Shown here: positions 27,116 to 35,013 of the stretch, piece by piece
Numbering within the stretch: position 1 is the stretch's first letter
Layout of the letters: each line of letters starts with the position of its first letter
Origin: Kiritimatiellia bacterium
Lineage (GTDB): Bacteria; Verrucomicrobiota; Kiritimatiellia; RFP12; UBA1067
DNA: 64,000 nucleotides
Direction of reading: 5' to 3'
NCBI GenBank assembly: GCA_017520845.1
Contig: JAFXEU010000044.1
Coordinates: forward strand, 12,350-76,349
Notes under the pieces: generated by a model
The model's database searches: none
Seen by the model: only the letters and a program-made list of their open reading frames with translations
What the model was told of the DNA's origin: nothing
Program-made: the position numbers and the translations under genes

Positions 27116-28285
27116 TTAAATATCGCGGGTAAGTTCCCATGTTTTCACGAGCATACGCGGAATATGGAACGGACCTTTGAAAATATTGCCCTTCGCGGGC
27201 TGGGCCACCGTCCCGTCGCGGTGCAGGTATCCGTACCATTCCGGATGTTTCTTATCCCTTAGATGCTTCCATGCCCAGTCGGATGAAAGTTTATGCCATT
27301 CGAGATATTTCTTATCGCCGGTAAGCCTGTAGGCGTAGGCGGTCGCGATGATCGTCTCGCATTGAGGCCACCAGAACTTCATATCCTGCTCGTAGCATTG
27401 AGGAGGAAGATTGCGGCAGTCCTTAAAGGAAATTATTCCGCCGTATTTCTTATCCCAGCCCCAGGCCCAAGACCAGTCGAGAATCTTGAGAGCCGTCCTG
27501 AGAAGCGCGGGGTCTTCGCGGTCGACGGCGACGTCCATCAGGAACCAGCTCGTTTCTATGCAGTGTCCGGGGTTTATCACGCGACCGGAAAGAGTGTCGA
27601 TAAACTCTCCGTTAGGCCCCACCGTTTCGAGAAGCGCCTTGAACTCCGGATGGATAAAATATTTCTCGAGAAGATCTATGGATTCGGTAATCTGTTCGTC
27701 GAAAACCGGGTCGTCGGAAACCTGCTTCAAAACGTTCGCCACGTTGATGAGAATCATCGTAAGCGAATGGCCCTGGGCCTTGAGCGCGTCGGTATACTTC
27801 GACGGCATCCACTTTTTACCGCCGGCGACAAATTTCCGTATCCGTTTGAAAAGTTCAACCGCCTTCTCCGCCCACGCCTTGTCACCGCTCGCAAGCGCGT
27901 ATTCCGCATACGCGATCGCCGCAAAGCACTCGGAGAAAACATAGCGGCGCTTTCTGAGTCCGACACCGTCTTCGGTAATCTCAAAAAACGCGCGACCGTC
28001 CTTATCGAAACAGTATTTCTCGAGAAATTCACAGCAGCTCAACGATGCGGCAAGCCACTTTCTGTCTTTCTTTACGTGATTGTAGGCGTAAGCGCACATC
28101 CAGCCGAAGCGGCCCTGAAACCAGACGCTCTTCGTCGTATCCATTAAAGAGCCGTCTCGATCAAGACACGTATAAACTCCGCCATGCTTCTTATCGAGGC
28201 CGTGTTTCAGCCAAAACGGCATTATATTCTCAATAAGCTCCTGCCTGTAAAGTTTATTCCATTTCTGCCAATATGCGCTTTTCAT
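27116..28285 (-). CDS. N-acylglucosamine 2-epimerase (AGE family)
   Basis: 389-aa (alpha/alpha)6-barrel-type sequence (GGVYTCLDRDG..., WWPQCE, HIPR). Adjacent to nanA. Confidence 0.8.
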   Translation of the reverse strand: MKSAYWQKWNKLYRQELIENIMPFWLKHGLDKKHGGVYTCLDRDGSLMDTTKSVWFQGRFGWMCAYAYNHVKKDRKWLAASLSCCEFLEKYCFDKDGRAFFEITEDGVGLRKRRYVFSECFAAIAYAEYALASGDKAWAEKAVELFKRIRKFVAGGKKWMPSKYTDALKAQGHSLTMILINVANVLKQVSDDPVFDEQITESIDLLEKYFIHPEFKALLETVGPNGEFIDTLSGRVINPGHCIETSWFLMDVAVDREDPALLRTALKILDWSWAWGWDKKYGGIISFKDCRNLPPQCYEQDMKFWWPQCETIIATAYAYRLTGDKKYLEWHKLSSDWAWKHLRDKKHPEWYGYLHRDGTVAQPAKGNIFKGPFHIPRMLVKTWELTRDI

Positions 28286-28306
28286 TACGGTTTCCTTTTT
28301 TGCTAT

Positions 28307-28439
28307 CAGTCGTTAGTCGCTAGTCGTCAGTCGTCAGTCGCTAGTCGCTAGTTAAACTACTAACCACCAACAACTAATCACTAACAACTAACCCCTAACT
28401 ACTAACAACTAACCACTAACAATTAACCCCTGACTACTT
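28307..28439 (-). repeat. 19-unit in-register heptamer inverted array in the nanA/AGE intercistronic gap
   Basis: On the plus strand, units 1-7 are YAGTCGY and units 8-19 are ACNAYTA, which is the reverse complement TAGTNGT. The 7-nt register is unbroken from 28307 to 28439. The last unit contains the nanA TAG stop. There is a single G on the plus strand between 28352 and 28439. Confidence 0.85.
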
Positions 28440-29330
28440 ATACCCGATCTTTTTAAGACGGCTGACGATCCCGGCCTTCTGCTCCTTCGTAAGGGGCTTC
28501 AACGGCACGCGGACCGTACCGAGATCGACGCCGTGAACGGCACACATCGCCTTACCCGCAGCGACGCCGCCGAACTCGACGAGGATATCGACGATATCGC
28601 ACACCTTCTTCATAAGCTTTTGGGAGGTCTTAAGATCGCCCTTCTTGACAGCGTCCCAAATCTTATAATAGATACCCGCCGAATAGTTGTACGTGGAGCC
28701 GATGGCTGATTCCGCACCGAGCGCGACCGCACCGGCGAACCATTCGTCGATACCCCACGTGATATCATATTTACCTCCGCAGGCCTTAAGGCAGCGCTGA
28801 TACATATAGAGATCGGGATAGTTGAACTTGATGCCGGCGAGATTCTTGATCTTGCCGTCGGCGGCCTTTAAGAACGCTTCCATATCGAAAGTGACTCCGC
28901 TCATCGAAGTGTGGTAATAGTAGAACGGAATCTTGTCGGCGTACTTGAGAGCCTCGTTAATATAATCGATAAGACCCTGGATCGAACCGGGACGGAAGAA
29001 ACAAGGCGGTACGATCGAAGTTGCGTCCATTCCGATCTCCTGGGCGTAACGCGCGAGTTCCTGAGTATCAGGAAGCGACAAGGAACCCACATGGGCGATG
29101 AGGTAAAGTTTACCCTTCGCGGCTTTCGTCCAGGCCGCAAAGACTTTCTTACGCTCCTCGGTCGAGCAGTGAACGCCCTCGCCTGTCGTTCCGCTCACAT
29201 AGACACCCGTAACATTCTGCTTGATAAGCATTTGAGCCTGCTTTGGGATGACGTCGTAATTAACGCTGCCGTCATCGTTAAACGCTGTGTGAGCTGCCGC
29301 AATAAGGCCTTTGAGTTTTTTGATTTTCAT
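28434..29330 (-). CDS. nanA: N-acetylneuraminate lyase (DapA/NAL family)
   Basis: 298 aa, DHDPS/NAL fold (YVSGTTGEG). Followed by the AGE epimerase, which matches the Bacteroides-type sialic-acid route. Confidence 0.8.
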   Translation of the reverse strand: MKIKKLKGLIAAAHTAFNDDGSVNYDVIPKQAQMLIKQNVTGVYVSGTTGEGVHCSTEERKKVFAAWTKAAKGKLYLIAHVGSLSLPDTQELARYAQEIGMDATSIVPPCFFRPGSIQGLIDYINEALKYADKIPFYYYHTSMSGVTFDMEAFLKAADGKIKNLAGIKFNYPDLYMYQRCLKACGGKYDITWGIDEWFAGAVALGAESAIGSTYNYSAGIYYKIWDAVKKGDLKTSQKLMKKVCDIVDILVEFGGVAAGKAMCAVHGVDLGTVRVPLKPLTKEQKAGIVSRLKKIGYK

Positions 29331-29390
29331 TTTTAGTTTCCTTTATTAAAGCTCCTTGAGCCGTACTTATATACGCGACTTGTTTTCTAA

Positions 29391-29403
29391 TGATATTATA
29401 TCA
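29391..29403 (-). promoter_or_regulatory. Extended -10 (TGATATAAT) embedded in a perfect 6-1-6 palindrome upstream of nanA
   Basis: The plus strand reads TGATAT-T-ATATCA. The minus strand reads TGaTATAAT about 60 nt upstream of the nanA ATG. Confidence 0.4.
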
Positions 29404-29422
29404 TATTTGACGATACATTGAA

Positions 29423-30274
29423 TTACTTACCTTGAGTCAAAGGGCAAGTGACAAATGTCGGCTCGAAGCACCGCTTCTCGGCTTTAGGGCAGCGAGGGCT
29501 GAAAGCACAGCCGACCGGCCAGTCGGTAGGAGGGGGGACTGTCCCCTTTATGTCATAAAGATCTGCGCCTTTGGGCGCATCAAGGCGCGGCACTGCGGCT
29601 GCCAGCCCCTGCGTGTACGGGTGACGCGGCGAGCGCAGAACCTCTACAACCTTTCCGGACTCGACGATTTCACCCGCGTACATGACATTCACAAAATCCG
29701 AATACCGGGCGACAAGTCCAAGATTATGGGTAATAAGCAATACTGCCGTTGAACGTTCACGGGCGACCCGGTCGACAAGATCGAGAACCTCCTTCTGGGT
29801 AATCACATCCAATGCCGTCGTCGGCTCGTCCGCGACGATAAGATCGCTTTTCGCCGCCAACGCCATCGCTATCATCACGCGCTGCTGCTGACCTCCGGAA
29901 AGGTTGCACGGATATTTCTTCGCGGTCTCCGGAGGAAGCGACACGGCCTTTAACAATCCGGTGATTTCAGACTTGTCGTTTTTCCCCAACGATTCCGCAA
30001 TCTGAGCGCCTACTTTCATTACAGGGTTCAGCGACTGCATCGGATTTTGAAAAATATACGAAATCTTAGGACCGCCGGTGATTTTCCCCGAAATCTCGGC
30101 TCTGTCGACCAAAGCGCCTAAACTCAACGCCGTGAGAGATTTACCGCACCCGGATTCGCCCACAATCGCGACACGCTGACCTTTGTCGATTTTAAAGGAG
30201 ACGTCTCGCACAGGAACGGACAGACGCCCTTCAACTTTGAATGCAATGCGGAGATTTTCTACTTCAAGCAACAT
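29423..30274 (-). CDS. Orphan ABC transporter ATP-binding protein (OppD/DppD-like)
   Basis: GESGCGKS (Walker A), LSGGQQQRV, LIVADEPTTALD, and a C-terminal Cys motif CAFSPRCPKAEKRC. No permease or binding protein lies nearby. Confidence 0.8.
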   Translation of the reverse strand: MLLEVENLRIAFKVEGRLSVPVRDVSFKIDKGQRVAIVGESGCGKSLTALSLGALVDRAEISGKITGGPKISYIFQNPMQSLNPVMKVGAQIAESLGKNDKSEITGLLKAVSLPPETAKKYPCNLSGGQQQRVMIAMALAAKSDLIVADEPTTALDVITQKEVLDLVDRVARERSTAVLLITHNLGLVARYSDFVNVMYAGEIVESGKVVEVLRSPRHPYTQGLAAAVPRLDAPKGADLYDIKGTVPPPTDWPVGCAFSPRCPKAEKRCFEPTFVTCPLTQGK

Positions 30275-30939
30275 TACCGGCGCTTCTTAAGAATCTTTTT
30301 AAAGACGATATTCATAGCGACAACAAGCACGGCGCCGCCGAGTATCCACGGCCCGTACGAGGAAGCCGTATCGGCACCTTTAAGAACGAGTTCGCGATAC
30401 GTGATGTCTCCGACCGTCTTCGCGAGAACATACCCTACGACCGCCAGTACGGCAGACCAGATCCCAGCACCGAGAGCGGTAAAAAAGGAAAAGGATGCAA
30501 ACGGCATTTTGGCGATTCCGGCAGGAATCGAAATGAGCTGACGTATACCGGGTATGAGGCGACAGATGAATGTCGTCGCTCCTCCGTACCTGTTGAATAC
30601 GGCGCACGATCTATCGAGGGATTCCTTCTTGATGAAGAAGTATTTTCCGTACTTTTCAAGAAACGGCTTACCAGCCCAAAGCGCGAGATAATAATTCACA
30701 TACGCTCCGAGAAGCGACCCCAGCGTACCGACGATTACACTTAAAACAACCCCGATCCAGGGCGAAAAAGGCCCCAACTCACCGCGCGCGGCAAGAAAAC
30801 CGGCCGGGATCATAACCACCTCGCTGGGGAACGGAATAAAACTCGATTCAATCGCCATAAAGACAAAAATCAAAACGAAGCCCCATGTCGGAGCGGCGGC
30901 GACGAATGAGTCTATATTTGAAGCGATAGCCTCTAACAT
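30274..30939 (-). CDS. DedA-family membrane protein
   Basis: 221 aa with FIPFPSEVVMIPAGFLA and GIRQLISIPAG motifs. Confidence 0.8.
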   Translation of the reverse strand: MLEAIASNIDSFVAAAPTWGFVLIFVFMAIESSFIPFPSEVVMIPAGFLAARGELGPFSPWIGVVLSVIVGTLGSLLGAYVNYYLALWAGKPFLEKYGKYFFIKKESLDRSCAVFNRYGGATTFICRLIPGIRQLISIPAGIAKMPFASFSFFTALGAGIWSAVLAVVGYVLAKTVGDITYRELVLKGADTASSYGPWILGGAVLVVAMNIVFKKILKKRR

Positions 30940-31913
30940 ATCTGGAACTCCTTGAATTTCACCCTGTTATAAGGCCTTGGAACAACCTGTGTGATATCAT
31001 CTGAGAAATTCTTTATCGTAATATCTCCCAAGAGCCTGTCGTATTTCGAATACGAGCAGACAAGTTCCACGGCCAAAGCATAGTCGCTCGAACTTTTTAT
31101 CTCCGGGATAAGCGCCGTCGGCCCCGGGCAGTTGACGGGCGCGATAACGACACCGGCATTCTTCTCGCCTCTAAGTCGCGCGTTATCGGCGCGGTCGCGC
31201 CCCAAAATGACGCCCGTACCGTCCGGAAGGCGGAAACGCCGCCCAACGACGAGAAGTTCGACGAGCCTGCGACAAGAAAGCGTTTCGTGGTCTTTAAGAT
31301 CTTTAAGTTTTCTGCAAAAGCCCTCTTCCGTAAGCTTGCAGCCTCCGGCGGGCGAAGGATATTCTTTAATGCCGAACTCTTCGGCGAGAGCGATTTGGCG
31401 GTCGCGGGACCTGCCTTGGATATCAAGGAGAGCCTCACGGTTTAAGATTCCTTCCGTCTCGGGAATCGTCGGCTCCATAAGTTTCGCGGACAAGGGCCTT
31501 ATCAAACGCCCTTTCAATCCCGAATCGCGCTCGACGATGCCGAGAGACTGCCTGTTCTGGCTCATCGGCCTCTGACCCATCACTTCGCCGGTGGCGACGA
31601 AATCGAATCCGCGCTCAACCATCAGCTCGCCGGCTCTCTTTATCATCGTGGCATGACAGTCGATGCAGGGATTCATCGCACCGCCGAATCCGCGTCTGGG
31701 ATTTTCCACAAGAGCGATGATATCGTCGGTGAAATCAACTAGATTAAGCTTAACGCCAAGCGCATCGGCCGCCGCCTGAGCCGTGTCGGAAGAGAAAAAC
31801 GGACTCGTGAAACACAAGGCTTCAACTTCCGCTCCGGCGCGTTCGAGAACGCGTATCGCGAGCTGACTGTCGAGCCCGCCGCTCATCAGTGAAAAACCTC
31901 TCGCCTTCTTCAT
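30933..31913 (-). CDS. PP-loop ATP pyrophosphatase, ThiI/MnmA-like tRNA sulfurtransferase candidate
   Basis: SGGLDS PP-loop, NPCIDCH and TGEVMGQRPMSQ motifs. Confidence 0.6.
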   Translation of the reverse strand: MKKARGFSLMSGGLDSQLAIRVLERAGAEVEALCFTSPFFSSDTAQAAADALGVKLNLVDFTDDIIALVENPRRGFGGAMNPCIDCHATMIKRAGELMVERGFDFVATGEVMGQRPMSQNRQSLGIVERDSGLKGRLIRPLSAKLMEPTIPETEGILNREALLDIQGRSRDRQIALAEEFGIKEYPSPAGGCKLTEEGFCRKLKDLKDHETLSCRRLVELLVVGRRFRLPDGTGVILGRDRADNARLRGEKNAGVVIAPVNCPGPTALIPEIKSSSDYALAVELVCSYSKYDRLLGDITIKNFSDDITQVVPRPYNRVKFKEFQIC

Positions 31914-32266
31914 CCGAAAATCCTTTCGATCAGATTCGCCTTTCTTACCTTTATGCGGTTGCCGCTCGTCGGCGTTAAAACAAACTTCGACACCTTGTCG
32001 ACGGGGAGTTTCAACGGTACGTCGTGCTCCGCCAAATACCGCCCCCTGAACGACGCTCTCACCGAGTCGACGCCGTCGACCGCGAAAACAGGCTCGCCCT
32101 TTTCGTAATCGACAGTAAAAACCGCTTTACTGTCGTTGCGCACATCAAGCGTCAGGAGCAGTTTTCGCGGACGCGCGTCGAGCTCTGCAAAAACCTTGGC
32201 GATATAAACCTTCAGCATTCTGCATGAAGGATCGCCGGGGTCTATGACAACGCTCGCGCGCTCCAT
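31910..32266 (-). CDS. Hypothetical protein
   Basis: ORF with coding-like composition. ATG at 32266 (MERASVV); the alternative ATG at 32296 overlaps the upstream gene by 23 nt. ATGA overlap with the downstream gene. Confidence 0.5.
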   Translation of the reverse strand: MERASVVIDPGDPSCRMLKVYIAKVFAELDARPRKLLLTLDVRNDSKAVFTVDYEKGEPVFAVDGVDSVRASFRGRYLAEHDVPLKLPVDKVSKFVLTPTSGNRIKVRKANLIERIFG

Positions 32267-32273
32267 AAAACTC

Positions 32274-34016
32274 TTACGCCTCGGGCCAGAGTTCATGCGC
32301 CATTTCGCGCAGTTTGTACTTCTGTATCTTCTGAGACGCCGTCATCGGGAAGACATCGAGGAAGTGTACATACTTCGGAATCTTGAACCAGCTGATCTGA
32401 TCTTTGCAGAAGACCTGAACGTCATGCTCCGAAATGGTCGAACCGTCCGAGCGGATGATGAACGCCGCGGGCTGCTCGCCGTATTTCTTAGAGGGGCAGC
32501 CGACAACAGCGACATCGCGAATGCCGGGCATCGTACCGAGGAAGTCCTCAACCTCCTTGGGCGAAATGTTCTCTCCGCCGCGGATGATGAGGTCTTTAAG
32601 ACGACCCGTGATGAAGTAGTAGCCTTCCTCATTCATACGCCCGATATCGCCTGAGTGGAGCCAGCCGTTCGCGTCGATGCACTTCGCGGTCTGTTCGGGC
32701 ATGTTATAATAGCCCTTCATGTTGTTAAAGCCGCGGCAGCAGATTTCGCCGTCTTCGCCGATAGGAGCGATTTCGCCGGTCTCGGGGTTGATGATGGCGA
32801 CCTCGATACCGGGAAGCGCCTGTCCAATGGTCTGACACTTGCGCTCGATGGAAGGCTCGAAATAGCGCGTCATCGTCATAACGGGACCGGCCTCGGTAAG
32901 ACCGTACGGATTCGTTATCTCCTTCATGAACATCTTGTCCTGAGCCTGCTGCATACGATGTACGGGGCAAGCCGAGCCAGACATGATGCCGGTTCTGAGG
33001 GAAGTGAAATCGAACTTGTCGAAAAGCGGATGGTCGAGCATAGCGATATACATCGTCGGAACGCCGTATGTCGCCGTGCACTTCTCCTTTTCAATCGACA
33101 TCATAACCTGAACGGGATCGAACTTCTCGAGGAAGACCATTGTAGAGCCGTGGTTTACACAGCTCATGACGCCCAAAACGCAACCGAAGCAATGGAAGAG
33201 CGGAACGGGGATGCAGACGCGGTCGCGCGAAGAGAGATTCTGGCACGCGCCGATCCAAAAGCCGTCGTTGGCGATATTGCGGTGGGTGAGCTGAACGCCC
33301 TTAGGAAAACCGGTCGTACCCGAAGTGTACTGCATGTTTACGACATCGTTGACGTCGCACTCGGCCTGACGGGCGATATACTCCTCCTGGGTCACTTCGC
33401 AAGCGAGAGACTTAACCTCATTGAGAGAATACATTCCGCGGTGCTTCTCTCCGCCGAGGAAAAATACGCGCTTCAAATGCGGATACTTTTTAGATTTCAA
33501 TTCGCCGCGCGGACATTCCTTCAGTTCAGGAACGAGCTCATTGATTACCTGAACGTAATCGCAATCGCGGAAACCGTTGATGACGAAAAGATTTTCGGCG
33601 TCGGACTGCGAAAGCGCGAAGTCCATCTCATGATTCTTATAGTTCGTGTTGAGCGGCAGAAGAATCGCGCCGATCTTGGCGGTCGCGAACATGAGAACGA
33701 CCCAATGCGGAACGTTAGTCGCCCAGAGAGCGACCTTTTCGCCGCGCTTGATCCCCAGAGCCATAAGACCCTTCGCCACAAGATCGACCTCTTCGCCGAA
33801 TTCGAACCAGGTAAGACGGAAATCACGGTCGGCGTAAACGACCGCATCGTTCTCGCCGCAGCGGGCGATCGTCTGGTCGAGAAGCTGACCTAAAGTATAT
33901 TCGCGGATAACGGGGAGATTATGCCACGGCACGCCCGTGGAAACAGACTGCTTAAACGGCCCTTTCGACGGCGCGGTACCGTAGGGATCGGTGAGCTTAA
34001 ACTCTTTCATTGTCAT
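32274..34016 (-). CDS. AMP-dependent acyl-CoA synthetase/ligase
   Basis: 580 aa with the AMP-binding motif MQYTSGTTGFPKGV, plus YGLTE and GWLHSGD. Confidence 0.85.
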   Translation of the reverse strand: MTMKEFKLTDPYGTAPSKGPFKQSVSTGVPWHNLPVIREYTLGQLLDQTIARCGENDAVVYADRDFRLTWFEFGEEVDLVAKGLMALGIKRGEKVALWATNVPHWVVLMFATAKIGAILLPLNTNYKNHEMDFALSQSDAENLFVINGFRDCDYVQVINELVPELKECPRGELKSKKYPHLKRVFFLGGEKHRGMYSLNEVKSLACEVTQEEYIARQAECDVNDVVNMQYTSGTTGFPKGVQLTHRNIANDGFWIGACQNLSSRDRVCIPVPLFHCFGCVLGVMSCVNHGSTMVFLEKFDPVQVMMSIEKEKCTATYGVPTMYIAMLDHPLFDKFDFTSLRTGIMSGSACPVHRMQQAQDKMFMKEITNPYGLTEAGPVMTMTRYFEPSIERKCQTIGQALPGIEVAIINPETGEIAPIGEDGEICCRGFNNMKGYYNMPEQTAKCIDANGWLHSGDIGRMNEEGYYFITGRLKDLIIRGGENISPKEVEDFLGTMPGIRDVAVVGCPSKKYGEQPAAFIIRSDGSTISEHDVQVFCKDQISWFKIPKYVHFLDVFPMTASQKIQKYKLREMAHELWPEA

Positions 34017-34049
34017 TGCCTCTTAATGCTAAAAGTCATAAATGTTCAT

Positions 34050-34058
34050 ATTTTACCA
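34050..34058 (-). promoter_or_regulatory. Extended -10 promoter (TGGTAAAAT) for the acyl-CoA synthetase operon
   Basis: The minus strand reads AATATGGTAAAATATG about 35 nt upstream of the ATG, just downstream of the tsf terminator. Confidence 0.4.
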
Positions 34059-34080
34059 TATTTGCGCCGAAGAGTGCTGA

Positions 34081-34110
34081 GAAAAAAGAAAGACGGCTTT
34101 AAAAGCCGTC
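34081..34110 (-). terminator. Rho-independent terminator after tsf
   Basis: Minus-strand GACGGCU-UUUAA-AGCCGUC hairpin followed by UUUCUUUUUUC. Confidence 0.75.
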
Positions 34111-34141
34111 CTTCCTTTTCGCTTTATGAAGCTTACTGCAA

Positions 34142-34978
34142 TTAGGCGCCGAGCTGCATGCGGCAGAAGCGCTTGATCGTGATGGGAGCTCCGACCGTCT
34201 TGGCGACGCCGTCGAGATACTTCTCAACGGTGACTTCGCCGTCGGCGACGTAATCCTGCTTCGTAACGCAGACCTGAGTGCAGTACTTGGCGGCCATACC
34301 CTTCTTGATGCCGACGAGAGCCTGCTCGGGAGGAAGCTTACCCTTCTGCTCCTTGAGAGCGTTGAGCTTGATCTCGAGCTCGGCGTCGATCTCGGCCTGA
34401 GGAACGTCCTCGGGGTTGACGTACTTAGGAGCGTTGGCGGCGATCTGGAGGCAGATCATGTGAGCCGCGTCAGCGAGCTCGGCGGCGTCAGCCTTCTCGC
34501 AGGCGAGCTCAACGAGAACGCCGATCTTACCGCCCATGTGGATGTAGCCGGAAAGAACGCCCGCGCCCTCGAGCGCGTAACGCTCGCTGCGGCGGATCTT
34601 GACGTTCTCGCCGGTCTTGGTAAGAAGCATCTTGTAGTCGTCGTTAAGCGTAGCTTCGATATCCTTACCCTCGAGCGCGACCTTGGCGGCGTCGTCGACG
34701 AACTTGATGAACGCTTCGGTCTTGGCGACGAAGTCGGTCTCGCAGTTGACTTCGGCGAGAGCCATCGTCTTCTTGTCGGCGGCTTCGGCGAGAGCGATGA
34801 TGCCCTGCTTGGACTCCTTGTCGACGCGCTTGGCGGCGACGGCGAGACCCTTCTCGCGGAGGTACTTGATAGCCTCTTCCATGTTACCGTTGGTGGCGGT
34901 GAGAGCTTCCTTGCAAGCGCCCATACCGGCGGCGGTCGCTTCGCGAAGTTCCTTGATTTCCTGAATGGTAATAGCCAT
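34142..34978 (-). CDS. tsf: Translation elongation factor Ts
   Basis: MAITIQEIKELREATAAGMGACKEAL UBA-like N-terminus. Downstream of rpsB. Confidence 0.95.
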   Translation of the reverse strand: MAITIQEIKELREATAAGMGACKEALTATNGNMEEAIKYLREKGLAVAAKRVDKESKQGIIALAEAADKKTMALAEVNCETDFVAKTEAFIKFVDDAAKVALEGKDIEATLNDDYKMLLTKTGENVKIRRSERYALEGAGVLSGYIHMGGKIGVLVELACEKADAAELADAAHMICLQIAANAPKYVNPEDVPQAEIDAELEIKLNALKEQKGKLPPEQALVGIKKGMAAKYCTQVCVTKQDYVADGEVTVEKYLDGVAKTVGAPITIKRFCRMQLGA

Positions 34979-35013
34979 TGTAAAAAACCTTTCGTTAAAA
35001 ATTGTTTATTGAA

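Noticed and set aside
28307-28439. Possible CRISPR array or mini-satellite
   Set aside because: The units are only 7 nt with no spacers, there are no cas genes, and the array is an inverted structure. It is reported as a novel repeat instead. The plus-strand resemblance of ACTAAC units to the eukaryotic UACUAAC branch-point box is coincidental in a bacterium.
32655-33893. 412-aa plus-strand ORF opposite the acyl-CoA synthetase
   Set aside because: Antisense artefact. The AMP-binding signature is on the minus strand.
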